A DNA stretch of 56,254 nt from Deltaproteobacteria bacterium (lineage in GTDB: Bacteria > Myxococcota_A > Polyangia > GCA-2747355): the NCBI GenBank assembly GCA_019314525.1, contig JAFCZD010000002.1, forward strand, positions 1 through 56,254. The letters are read 5' to 3'. Shown here piece by piece: positions 1-10,900 of this stretch. Numbering within the stretch: position 1 is the stretch's first letter; every line of letters begins with the position of its first letter. Position numbers and translations under genes: made by a program. Under the pieces are notes generated by a model. The model saw only the letters and a program-made list of their open reading frames with translations, was not told the origin of the DNA and did no database searches.

Positions 1-81
1 AAGGGGCATTGCGTGGCGAAGTTTCCTGAGGGCACCTATGCCTTCCGCCAAGGGCTCGATATCCCCTGCGCGGCTGCCTAA
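1..81 (+). CDS. 3' end of a CDS entering from the left edge (product unknown)
   Basis: Frame 1 is open from base 1 to TAA at 79-81 (...YAFRQGLDIPCAAA*). Only 26 codons are visible, so no identification is possible. Confidence 0.2.
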   Translation, partial: KGHCVAKFPEGTYAFRQGLDIPCAAA

Positions 82-269
82 CCGTACCTCGCCGAGCATT
101 CCTCCCATCACTTTTCGGCCTCGCTCTGCAGGCTTCTGGACGGGTCCGTCCCCTCTACGATTTTTTCCCCGTTTTGAGTACATCGGTCTGTGACTTCGGA
201 CACGGTTGCGCTGCATTGGTTGCTTGAATCGCTCTTTCTCCGCCCATCACCGCTCGCAAAGCACTCCTG

Positions 270-396
270 CCAATACTCCGCAAGAAAGGACTCTGAGTCA
301 GACGCTAGGACTCTGAGTCAGACGCTAGGGCCAATACTCCGCAAGAAAGGACTCTGAGTCAGACGCTAGACGCTACCTACCAGAGTCAGACGCTAC
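270..396. repeat. Compound direct-repeat array. A 39-bp unit ccaatactccgcaagaaaggactctgagtcagacgctag occurs twice (270-308, 331-369), with extra copies of its 20-bp 3' part gactctgagtcagacgctag.
   Basis: Read directly. The core gagtcagacgcta occurs 4 times (about 295, 315, 355, 383). Each copy carries the near-palindrome ctgagtcag. The array abuts the stop codon of cls (400-402). Confidence 0.9.
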
Positions 397-399
397 ATC

Positions 400-1842
400 C
401 TAAAGCACGGGGGAGAGGATGCGGGCGAAGCTCTCGGCGGCACGTTGCGTGAGGCTCTTTGCTTTCACCTCCTCGAGAGTGACCTCGCGCGAGAGTCGCA
501 GGTCGCGGCGGAAGACTCGCGCCAGCTGATCAGGGAGGTGAGGGCCGTAGACCATCGCGTTGACCTCGAAGTTGAGGCGAAAGCTGCGCACGTCCATATT
601 GGCTGAGCCAACAGTGGCCCACTGTCGATCCACGAGCATTGTCTTGGCATGGAGAAATCCACGCTGGTATTCAAAAATGCGTACACCAGCTTGGAGCAGC
701 TCGTCGTAGTAGGAGCGCCCCGCATAGAGCACCAGGGGTGCGTCTGAACGGTGCGGGAGCAGCAACCGCACATCCAGGCCGCGGAGCGCCGCGGTCTCGA
801 GGGCCACGGCCATGGCCTGGTCTGGCACAAAGTACGGGGTCGTCAAGTACACACGTTCTTTGGCCAGGGTTACAGCTGAGAAGAAGATGCGTTGGAGCGG
901 CTGTGTGTCTGTGTCGGGCCCACTCGCGACGATATGAACACGCGCCGCACCACAGGGGGACACATGGGGGAACCAGCCCTGTTCGCTCGGCTCTCGCCCG
1001 GTAGCGAAGTGCCAATCTTCCGCGAAGATCTCCTGCAGGTGGGCCGTGGCGGTCCCCTCCACACGCAGGTGCGTATCGCGCCAAGCACCCGTGCGTTTCT
1101 GTCGCCCAGTATATTCATCGCCAATATTTACGCCGCCGGTGAATCCCACGCGGCCATCAACGACCACCAGCTTGCGATGGTTGCGCAGGTTCGGGTGCCA
1201 TCGGCGGAACTTTCCCACAGGAAGGAAGGAGGCGAAGTGTCCACCCGCCGCGACGAGTGGCTGCATGAAGCTCTCGAGCCCAAAAGAGCCCACCCCGTCT
1301 ACTAGGACGCGGACTGCGACACCCTCTTTGGCCTTGCGCGTCAGGAGGTCGCGGAAGCGGCGACCTGTATCATCATCATTGTAAACATAGAATTGAAAGT
1401 GCACATGGTCGCGCGCCTCGGCAATGGCCTCCTCCATGGCCTGGTATGTCTGGTCTGCATCCACCAACAGCTCCACGCGGTTGCCACGGGTCTGTCGTCT
1501 GCAGCCGATGCGGCTCGTCAGTTGGATCAGCACCGATTGCTCGCGGGTGGGCATCTCCTCCAGGGGGGTGTGCTCCACGTTGGTGATATCAGCGAGGTGC
1601 TGCTCGAGTTTGGGCTCGATGAGGTTGGATTGTGCTTGTCGCTTCCGCACCTGCCTCACCAGCCGACGGCGCCCGAAGACCACATAGGCTACGACCCCAA
1701 TATAGGGCAAGAGCACCATGCCCAGCACCCAGGCCAGCGTAGCCGTGGGCTCACGCCGCTGCATGACCACACGCAGGCTCATCACCAGCGCCAGCAGGTA
1801 GCCAAAGGCGACGAGTATCCATTGGGGAATTGGGAATTCCAT
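400..1842 (-). CDS. cls: Cardiolipin synthase (phospholipase D superfamily)
   Basis: Two HKD motifs (HRKLVVVDG..., HAKTMLVDR...). Two N-terminal TM helices (ILVAFGYLLALV, WVLGMVLLPYIGVVAYVVF). The track ORF starts at GTG 1869, but repeat R2 copy 1 covers 1851-1980, so ATG 1842 (MEFPIPQW) is preferred. Confidence 0.9.
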   Translation of the reverse strand: MEFPIPQWILVAFGYLLALVMSLRVVMQRREPTATLAWVLGMVLLPYIGVVAYVVFGRRRLVRQVRKRQAQSNLIEPKLEQHLADITNVEHTPLEEMPTREQSVLIQLTSRIGCRRQTRGNRVELLVDADQTYQAMEEAIAEARDHVHFQFYVYNDDDTGRRFRDLLTRKAKEGVAVRVLVDGVGSFGLESFMQPLVAAGGHFASFLPVGKFRRWHPNLRNHRKLVVVDGRVGFTGGVNIGDEYTGRQKRTGAWRDTHLRVEGTATAHLQEIFAEDWHFATGREPSEQGWFPHVSPCGAARVHIVASGPDTDTQPLQRIFFSAVTLAKERVYLTTPYFVPDQAMAVALETAALRGLDVRLLLPHRSDAPLVLYAGRSYYDELLQAGVRIFEYQRGFLHAKTMLVDRQWATVGSANMDVRSFRLNFEVNAMVYGPHLPDQLARVFRRDLRLSREVTLEEVKAKSLTQRAAESFARILSPVL

Positions 1843-1850
1843 AGCTTCAC

Positions 1851-1980
1851 CTAGACCATAGCGTTTCACGGCCCCCTCGGGAAAGAATCTGTGAGGGCGG
1901 GTTTCTGACCGGTTCCTTGCCTTCCTCTGCCGTGTTCTTTCGTTTCTTGTGGTTCACGACTTACGCCGCGAACATTTAGT
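1851..1980 (-). repeat. Interspersed repeat family R2, copy 1 (near full length), oriented toward cls
   Basis: The reverse complement aligns with 7811-7943 at about 87% identity over about 83 nt (cgtaagtcgYgaacca.aagaaacgaaaga...caaggaaccggtcagaa.cccgccctcacag.ttct). It ends in tctag. Confidence 0.8.
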
Positions 1981-2044
1981 ACACTTGCCAGCACCCAAGC
2001 CAGCCATTAGCCTTGGCTGCACCTTTGGGAGTATGAGAGGAACC

Positions 2045-3067
2045 ATGACGACGATGCGACCGATTTTCGCCACATCAGCGGCGCTAATCCTGCTGGGCTC
2101 CATACCGGCTCACGCCAACAAGCTCGAACCCCTCACCACAAAAGAGCGTGAGATCCTCTACAGCAGCGTTGAAGACACATTGGACAAGAAGCCCTGTGTG
2201 GGGCTGAAGAAGCGCGTGATGCTCCACTGCCGCGACGTGCGCCACTATGTACGCATGAACGAGTGGTACCATGAGGTGTGGCATCCCTATGTCGACAAGA
2301 TTGGTGGTGGCTATATCGGTGTAGCGTCCGACCAGAACCTGACACTCATCGCCTGGGCTCGGTCTGAGGTGGCCTGGCTGATGGACTACGACCCCGTAGT
2401 AGTAAAGGTCAATCGCATTCATAAGGCGCTCATCAAGGCCGCCCCTGACGTGGCGAGTTATCTCGCCCTTTGGGACCGCAAGGGGCGCAAGGCCGCGGCG
2501 GAGGCGATCCGCAAGGAGTACCCAACGGACGCAACGCTCAAGCAAACCTTGAAAATCTATCGTGTCTACCGTGGGGAGATCTACGGCGCCATCAAGCAGG
2601 CGATGCGCCAAGGTAAGCGCAAGCGCTCCTACTGGTTACATCGCGCCGAGGACTACGCTTACATTCGGCAGATGCACCAACTCGATCGCATCCGTATCAT
2701 GGGAGGTGATCTGCTCAAGGATAAGAGCCTGATCGGCATCGGCGAGGCTTCACGCAAGCTTGGTATTCCAGTGCGTGCGATTTACACTTCCAACGCCGAG
2801 GAGTTCTGGCCCTATCCAGAGAACTTCAAGCAGAACTTCATTCGTATGCATATGGATGAGAAGTCTGTGGTGCTCAGAACGCGCCACAGCAGCAAATATG
2901 GCCCACGCATTGGAAGCTACGTTTACATCGTGCAGAGCGGTCAGGACATGCAGAGTCAGCTTAAAGATCCTCAGACCAAAGGGCTGTGGGTGATGATGCG
3001 CTATCGTAAGGCTGGGAAGCCAGGATTTTTCACGATTGGCCGGCCTGTGGACCCCACGTCCATGTAA
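2045..3067 (+). CDS. Secreted hypothetical protein
   Basis: Signal peptide MTTMRPIFATSAALILLGSIPAHA. GAGAGG lies 4 nt before ATG 2045. The track's longer N-terminus (GTG 1949) runs through repeat R2. I recognise no family with confidence. Confidence 0.6.
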   Translation: MTTMRPIFATSAALILLGSIPAHANKLEPLTTKEREILYSSVEDTLDKKPCVGLKKRVMLHCRDVRHYVRMNEWYHEVWHPYVDKIGGGYIGVASDQNLTLIAWARSEVAWLMDYDPVVVKVNRIHKALIKAAPDVASYLALWDRKGRKAAAEAIRKEYPTDATLKQTLKIYRVYRGEIYGAIKQAMRQGKRKRSYWLHRAEDYAYIRQMHQLDRIRIMGGDLLKDKSLIGIGEASRKLGIPVRAIYTSNAEEFWPYPENFKQNFIRMHMDEKSVVLRTRHSSKYGPRIGSYVYIVQSGQDMQSQLKDPQTKGLWVMMRYRKAGKPGFFTIGRPVDPTSM

Positions 3068-3076
3068 CTTGCATGT

Positions 3077-3140
3077 TGTCCCGCAACAGATATGTCCCGC
3101 AACAGATGTGTCCCGCAACAGATGTGTCCCACAAGGAGTG
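3077..3140. repeat. 16-bp tandem repeat tgtcccgcaacagatg, 3 full copies plus 1 degenerate copy
   Basis: Units at 3077-3092, 3093-3108 and 3109-3124, with a degenerate fourth at 3125-3140 that contains the pepD Shine-Dalgarno AAGGAG (3133-3138). It fills the gap between the previous stop (3065-3067) and the pepD start. Confidence 0.9.
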
Positions 3141-3146
3141 TGCAAG

Positions 3147-4616
3147 GTGACCAACGTTTTTTCCAAGCTGGAACCAACGGCGCTGTGGCGCTATTTCGAG
3201 CTGATCACCCAAACCCCGCGCTGTTCGGGCAACGAGGGCCCCTTGGGCGAGAAGTTGACGGCCATCGCTCGCGAACATGGGCTCGATTTGCGCACGGACA
3301 CTGTTGGGAACCTCGTCATACTCATCCCCGCCGCCGAAGGTTGTGAAGCCTGGCCCACCGTGGTCTTGCAGGGACACCTCGACATGGTCTGCGAGAAGAA
3401 CAACGGTGTGGTGCACGACTTCGAACGTGATCCCATCGAGGTGACCCGCGAGGGTGATTGGCTAGAGGCCAAAGACACAACCCTGGGCGCTGACAATGGT
3501 ATCGCCATAGCCGCCGCCATGGCGATGATCGACGACGCGCCCCCGCGCCATGGGGCGCTGGAGTTGCTCTTCACCGTCGATGAGGAACGCGGGCTCACAG
3601 GTGCGACCCATATGGGCCCTGAAATGCTCAAGGGCAAGCTGCTGCTCAACCTCGATTCGGAGGAGGAGGGGACCGTCACCGTTGGGTGTGCAGGGGGGGG
3701 CGACACCCAGATGATTTTGCCTCTAGAGCGGGAAGCAGCCCCCAAAGGGCGCTGGGTAGCGCGCCTCAGCGTGGGCGGGCTCACAGGGGGGCACTCTGGT
3801 CTCGACATCAACAAGAATCGCGCAAACGCCCTGCGCTGCCTTGGCGCTGCTCTCGACCACCTGAACAGCGCATGTCTTTCTCTGCGCGTCGTTTCTCTGG
3901 GTGGTGGTAACATGCGCAACGCTATCCCGCGGGAGGCTGTGGCCACGCTGCTGCTGGACCCCACCGAGCGTGAACGTGCCGAGACGTGTTGTGAGGACGT
4001 TCTCCAAGCCTTGCGCGTCGAGTTCGGCGTCAGCGATCCGGAACTGAATTTACGTCTAGAGGTGGTCGATGAGGCCCCCGGGCAGGTCTTGGCGCCAGAT
4101 TGCGCGCGCCGTGCCGTGGCGTTGTTGCTGGCCACGCCAACGCAGGTCACCGCGATGAGCCGCGAGATTCCAACCTTGGTAGAGACCTCCACCAACCTAG
4201 GCGTGGTGGAAGAGACCGAGGGTGGGTTGCGCTACACCAACTGCACTCGCTCTTCCATCGGCAAGGCCCTGGAGGGTGTGCGACAGGGGCTCAAGGCCCT
4301 CGGTGAGTTGGCAGGAGCGATAGTGAAGCTCGAGCCGGCCTATCCCGGATGGGCGCCCAACCTTGCTTCGCCACTTCTGGCGCGCTTCCAAGAGGTGCAC
4401 CTTGAGCTCTTCGGCAAGGAGGCAGAGGTGGCAGCGCTCCATGCCGGGCTCGAGTGTGGTCTCATTGGTGAGCATGTCCCGGGCATGGACATGATCTCCT
4501 TTGGGCCAACAATGGTCGGGGTCCACGCACCTGGAGAGAAGCTGCATATCGGCTCCGCGGAGCGTTTCTACCATTTGCTCAAGGCGCTGCTTTTGGCGCT
4601 GGAGCCGCCCAAGTGA
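3147..4616 (+). CDS. pepD: Xaa-His (aminoacyl-histidine) dipeptidase, peptidase M20C
   Basis: FSKLEPTALWRYFELITQTPRCSG, GHLDMVCEKN, TLGADNGIAIAAAMA and FTVDEERGLTGA are typical PepD motifs. GTG 3147 lies 8 nt after AAGGAG. The upstream part of the track ORF is the tandem repeat. Confidence 0.85.
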   Translation: MTNVFSKLEPTALWRYFELITQTPRCSGNEGPLGEKLTAIAREHGLDLRTDTVGNLVILIPAAEGCEAWPTVVLQGHLDMVCEKNNGVVHDFERDPIEVTREGDWLEAKDTTLGADNGIAIAAAMAMIDDAPPRHGALELLFTVDEERGLTGATHMGPEMLKGKLLLNLDSEEEGTVTVGCAGGGDTQMILPLEREAAPKGRWVARLSVGGLTGGHSGLDINKNRANALRCLGAALDHLNSACLSLRVVSLGGGNMRNAIPREAVATLLLDPTERERAETCCEDVLQALRVEFGVSDPELNLRLEVVDEAPGQVLAPDCARRAVALLLATPTQVTAMSREIPTLVETSTNLGVVEETEGGLRYTNCTRSSIGKALEGVRQGLKALGELAGAIVKLEPAYPGWAPNLASPLLARFQEVHLELFGKEAEVAALHAGLECGLIGEHVPGMDMISFGPTMVGVHAPGEKLHIGSAERFYHLLKALLLALEPPK

Positions 4617-4655
4617 GCGAGCGTTGGCGACCAGGGCCACTCATCAGCGCTTTCG

Positions 4656-5966
4656 TCACGTGAGCGCCGCCTTGGCGGCGCAGGCGCCATCCCCCGCGGC
4701 GGCGGCCACCGAGGGGGCGGCTGGGTCACGCAGGTCTCCAGCAACAAAGATTCGTTGGGTTCCTTCCACGCGCAGGTCCACGCCAGAGCGCACATAGCCA
4801 CGTTGGTTGAGCCACGCCTCCGGGAGGGCCTCGGAGTTTGGGTGCCAGCCGACGCGGATCAGCGCCCAGCGGGCTTCAATGCGTTCGCCATGGTGCAATT
4901 CCACCCCCTCGAGCCAATCGTCACCCAAGAAGCGGACAACCCGCGCCTGGAGGCGCACCTCAATTCGTGGGTCTTGTGTGAGGGCCTGCTGAAACTCCTG
5001 GCGCGCCGTGAGCTGGGGGCCACGGTGAACCAGCGTCACCACCGAACCCGCAGCGGCGAGTTTGAGGGCGTTTTCGCACGCGCCGTCACTCCCGCCCACC
5101 ACCAGCGCTTTTTGCCCACCCACTTGCGAGATGTCGCGAGAGGCCGTGGAGAGGATTCCCCGCCCCATGAGCCCACGTTCGCCAGGTACCGCTAGACGTC
5201 GTCGCCGCAGCCCCATGGCGAGGATTACAGCCTCACTGGTGACGTGTGTGCGCTCTCCGTTGCCAAATTCGATGTCGAGCTCACAGCCGTCTTCGTGCTC
5301 GTGGATGGCTTCTAGCGCTCCTTGGGCCCAGCGTGTTTCGGGGGGTGTCAGGCGCCAGAAGCGCTTGGCCAGGCTGACACCGCTTATTGGAGGCTGGCCA
5401 GGGAGGTCGAACATCATAAAGTGTACCAAGTGTAGCTGCCCACCAAGGCGCTCGGATGGCTCCAAGAGCAGCGCTGGGTGACCCAGCCGCCAGCACCAGA
5501 GGGCGGCGCTAAGACCAGCGACGCCTCCACCCACGATCGTGACGCGAGGCTTCAGTGTCGCGAGGTCAGAGGTGGGCAACGGAGCAAGTCGAGGATCACG
5601 GTCTTCGTGCCGCAGCTCCACCTCAGCGCCAGCGGACTCGGCGCCCTCAATGCAACCCAGCTTGTGCAGCCGTACCCGCACGAGCTGAACCCTTGGCAGC
5701 TGCAGCACCTCACGCGCGATGGTGTCCGCGAGGGTCTCCACCAGTGGATAATGTCGCCGCTCCACCACCCGGCGCGCGGCCTCAGCCAGCTTTTCGTAGT
5801 TGAGGGTGTGCCGCAGTCGCTCGCTGCGAGCTGCCCGGTGCAGATCCTCAACCTCTACTTCGATGTCAATACGCAGGGGCTGCTTGCGGCCGCGCTCCTT
5901 GCGGTAGACACCGATGCGCGCGCTGAGCTGCAACCCTTCGATGAAGATCCGATTATCTTGGCCCAT
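4656..5966 (-). CDS. Fusion protein: N-terminal dihydroneopterin aldolase (FolB) domain plus C-terminal thioredoxin-reductase-like FAD/NAD(P) oxidoreductase domain
   Basis: Residues 1-120 resemble FolB (IFIEGLQLSARIGVYRKERGRKQPLRIDIEVEV...LNYEKL). From about residue 150 there is a Rossmann motif VTIVGGGVAGLSAA, a second dinucleotide site ALVVGGSDGACENA and a C-terminal FVAGD. No CxxC redox pair is seen. Confidence 0.75.
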   Translation of the reverse strand: MGQDNRIFIEGLQLSARIGVYRKERGRKQPLRIDIEVEVEDLHRAARSERLRHTLNYEKLAEAARRVVERRHYPLVETLADTIAREVLQLPRVQLVRVRLHKLGCIEGAESAGAEVELRHEDRDPRLAPLPTSDLATLKPRVTIVGGGVAGLSAALWCWRLGHPALLLEPSERLGGQLHLVHFMMFDLPGQPPISGVSLAKRFWRLTPPETRWAQGALEAIHEHEDGCELDIEFGNGERTHVTSEAVILAMGLRRRRLAVPGERGLMGRGILSTASRDISQVGGQKALVVGGSDGACENALKLAAAGSVVTLVHRGPQLTARQEFQQALTQDPRIEVRLQARVVRFLGDDWLEGVELHHGERIEARWALIRVGWHPNSEALPEAWLNQRGYVRSGVDLRVEGTQRIFVAGDLRDPAAPSVAAAAGDGACAAKAALT

Positions 5967-6256
5967 AGAGCCTTTCTAACACCCTTGGGCCCACTGCAAA
6001 AGGTGGGCTGCTGGAGGTGTGATGGCCACATTCTTGCGGTTTAAGCCTCCCGGTTTTTCCCGTGCCGACCACCTCGCACGAGGCTCCCCCATGGGGCGCC
6101 GTGGTCGACCAAAAAATACCCCCAATTGGCGTCCATTTTATGACAATTTCCATTGCCCTTTCCATCTGGGTATGGTCGAAAGAGGTGGTGGTAAATGAGG
6201 GCTTGACACCCCACAGCTACGAATATTTGGGCCATACGGTCGTCGTGGGCCCATAG

Positions 6257-7654
<1,398 letters not shown>

Positions 7655-7701
7655 TTTGATTCTTGTTTGATTCTTTCTGGCTTTAGATCATTTAGCTTAA
7701 C

Positions 7702-7736
7702 GCGGGCCGCCCTCCTCTGGGTGGCCCGCTTTTTTG
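7702..7736 (+). terminator. Rho-independent terminator of gdhA
   Basis: 11-bp GC-rich stem gcgggccgccc / gggtggcccgc (one G-U pair), loop tcctct, then TTTTTT. Confidence 0.85.
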
Positions 7737-7810
7737 TGTTCGCGCATCCAACCCCGTGCTGTGGCTGCGCCATGTGTTAGTCTCCCGCCCTGTGGTGGCT
7801 GCTCGCCGCC

Positions 7811-7943
7811 CTAGACGTAAGTCGCGAACCAGAAGAAACGAAAGATTATGGCAGAGAAATACCAAGGAACCGGTCAGAACCCCGCCCTCACAGCTTCTGG
7901 GGTGGGTTCTGAGCAGTTCATCATTTCCGCCGACGTCATCTAG
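7811..7943 (+). repeat. Interspersed repeat family R2, copy 2 (longest), oriented toward the downstream receiver/PEP-binding gene
   Basis: Starts ctaga and ends tctag. The 5' two-thirds match copy 1. The 3' third (cccgccctcac.g.ttct.gggtggg...tcatcatttccgccga.gt.atctag) matches copy 4 at 51365-51425. Confidence 0.8.
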
Positions 7944-7954
7944 GAGAGCAATTG

Positions 7955-10900
7955 ATGACCCTCAAACCCCGCCGCGGCCATCAGCCCTGGTATCTACGCT
8001 TTCACGATCTGATGCCGCACCGTGTGCGTGAAGTGCTGCTCGTCTCGTCGCCCTATGATGCGTTCATCCTCGAACAGGATGGTCAGCTCACGGCGCGTGT
8101 CTTCCAAGAGTATTCCAACCTTGATCTCTCTCAGGCTCCCCGTATCACCCACGCCATCAGCGCCGAGCATGCCCTGACCCTGTTGAATGAGCGGCACTTC
8201 GATATGGTGATCACGATGCTGCACCTGGCAGGCATGGACGTCTCGGCCTTTGCGCGTCAGGTGAAGGTTCTCGACGGCCGCATGCCAGTGGTGGTCTTCG
8301 CGTTCTCCGAGGCGGAGCTGAGCTTCTTCGCCACCGAAATCATGACAGGGGATATCGATCGTGTCTTCGTCTGGACAGGCGATACACGCGTGCTCGTCGC
8401 GGCGATCAAGCTGCTCGAAGACCAAATGAACGTCGATCATGACACCCGCGCCTCAGGAGTGCGCGTGATCATCGTGGTGGAGGACTCCACCAGCCGCTAC
8501 TCATCCTTTCTTAGCCTCTTCTATGGTGAGCTGCTGCAGCAAGCGGGTTCGTTGATCGCCGAAGGGCTCAACGATCTGCACAAGCGCTTGCGCATGCGCG
8601 CGCGGCCAAGGGTCTTGCTCGCCACGAACTTCGAAGAGGCGATGGCATACTACGAGAAGTATCAACGCTATGTTTTTGGCGTGATCAGCGACGTTCGCTT
8701 CCCTCGGGACGGGCAGGAAGTGGCCGAGGCAGGTTTTGATCTGGTGCGCATCATTCGCCAAAATGACCCTGATCTGCCGATCCTCCTACAGTCTGCAGAG
8801 CAGGGCCTCCAAGCGCATGCCGAGGAGCTCCATGTAAGCTATGCTGAGAAGACCTCGCTGCAGCTGGCCCGCCAGATCCGCCACTTTTTGCAGGAGGGGC
8901 TCGGCTTTGGTGACTTCGTCTTCCGTCTCCCTGATCGCACAGAGGTTGGGCGGGCGCGAGACGTCTATGATATGGAGCGGCAGTTACCCAATGTGCCCGT
9001 GGAGTCCATCGAGTTTCACGCCAACAGCAATCACTTCTCTGTTTGGCTGATGGCCCGCAGCATGTTGCGGCTCGCAGAGCGTCTGCGCCCACGGCGTGTC
9101 GACGAGTTCAAAGACGCGGAGGCGATGCGCCAGCATTTGATCGCTGTTTTGCGCGAGGCGCGCATGCAAGAGCGTCAGGGAGCGATCACCGACTTTACGG
9201 CCCGCAAGGACGAGACGGAGACCCCCTTTGTGCGCTTGGGCAAAGGGTCCATTGGCGGCAAGGGGCGCGGCATCGCCTTCGCCAACTCGTTGATTGTTCG
9301 TCACGGTCTTGACAAGCAATACCCAGAGATGCGGGTCCGCATCCCACGTACGGTGGCCATTGGCACTGACGAATTCGACCGCTTCGTTGTGGAGAATGAC
9401 CTCGAGGATCTGCGTAAATGCTCGGATGACCGTGAGATCATCGCGCGCTTTCTCCGCGGGAGGCTCTCAGAGGAGGTGTTACGCGATCTGAAGATGGCGT
9501 GTCTCTGGGAGATGAAGGGCCCGCTAGCGGTCCGCTCGTCGAGCTTGCTCGAAGACTCACTGCTACACTCCTTCGCGGGCATTTACGCGACCTATATGCT
9601 GCCCAACAACCACCCAGACCCTTCTGTGCGTTTACGCGAACTCTGCCGCGCCGTGAAAGCAGTCTATGCCTCTACCTATTGCCAAGAGGCGCGCGCCTAC
9701 GCTGGGCTGACCTTCCCTGTGGACGAAGAGAAGATGGGGGTGGTGATTCAAGAGTGTGTGGGTGCGGCTCACGGGGAACGCTTCTACCCAAACTTTGCCG
9801 GGGTCGCGCTCTCTTATAACTACTATCCCTTCGGCCCGCAGCAGGCCGAAGAGGGCATCGTGGCTGTAGCTTTGGGCTTGGGGCAGATGGTGGTCTCTGG
9901 GGGAAATATGCTGCAGTTCTCCCCCGCCTCCCCGCAGATTTTGCCGCAATTTCCTTCGCCACAGCACTTTCTCAAATACTCACAGACTGAGTTTTTCGCG
10001 GTGGATCTGGGGCGGCCAACGGTAGATTTCTTCGCTGGCCCGGACTCCTCGGTGGGGCGCTTTGGTCTGAAGATGGCTGAGCAAGACGGCACCCTCTCGG
10101 CTGTAGGTAGCGTCTACCGGCCCAACGACGACACGATCCAGGACACGCTCCGCGAAAAAGGCCCACGCGTGGTGACCTTCAATAATGTCCTCAAGTGGGA
10201 GTCCATCCCCCTCGCCGCGGCTCTTGGTGAGATCTTGGAGGTGCTGGAGGAAGGCATCGGTCAACCGGTAGAGGTGGAGTTCGCGGTGGATATGGGGGAT
10301 TGGGGGCGCAACCCCTCGGAGAGAAAGAAGCGTCGCGATCCTTGCCTCTACATTCTGCAGGTGCGGCCCCAAGCGACGCGCTCTGCGAGCAACGCGGTTT
10401 TGCCCAAGGAGGTCCCACAGGAGTTTGTCTTCAGTCGCACCAGCATGGCGCTGGGCCATGGGATCATCGATGACATCACCGACATCCTCTACGTCAAAGA
10501 GGGGGTGGTTTCGGAGGTTGGGTCTCGGGAGGTCGCCCAGCAAGTGGGGGCTGTCAACGAGGAGCTGCGCGCGGCCGGGCGCCCTTACCTCTTGGTGGGC
10601 CCAGGACGCTGGGGGTCTTCAGACCCTTTCTTGGGCATCCCTGTGCATTGGCGGCAAATCTCCGGCGCAAGGGTGATTGTGGAGACCCCCTTCGAGGGGC
10701 GTTGCGTGGAGCCGTCTCAAGGGAGCCACTTCTTCCATAATATCACCACGCGCTCAGTGGGTTATTTGACGCTGGCTAAGCCTCCTGGTGGTGGAGGCGT
10801 GGAGCCCTCCTTCGACCGTGCGTGGGTCCAAGAGCAGCCGCTTATCGGCGAGACCTCGGCTCTGCGACACGTGCGCCTCAAGGCGCCCCTCACGGTCTAT

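Noticed and set aside
138-166. Hairpin ggacg-ggtc-cgtcc followed by TTTTTT, as a terminator for the left-edge CDS
   Set aside because: The stem is only 5 bp and the T-run starts 9 nt after the stem, which is too far for a canonical intrinsic terminator.
270-396. Possible CRISPR array (also considered for 3077-3140 and 20827-20906)
   Set aside because: The repeats are directly abutting or nested with no unique spacers of about 30 bp. The units are only 14-39 bp. No cas genes are present in the window.
6204-6235. TTGACA hexamer upstream of gdhA as a -35 box (also the TTGACA near 55166 upstream of manA)
   Set aside because: No acceptable -10 hexamer lies at a 16-18 nt spacing in either case.
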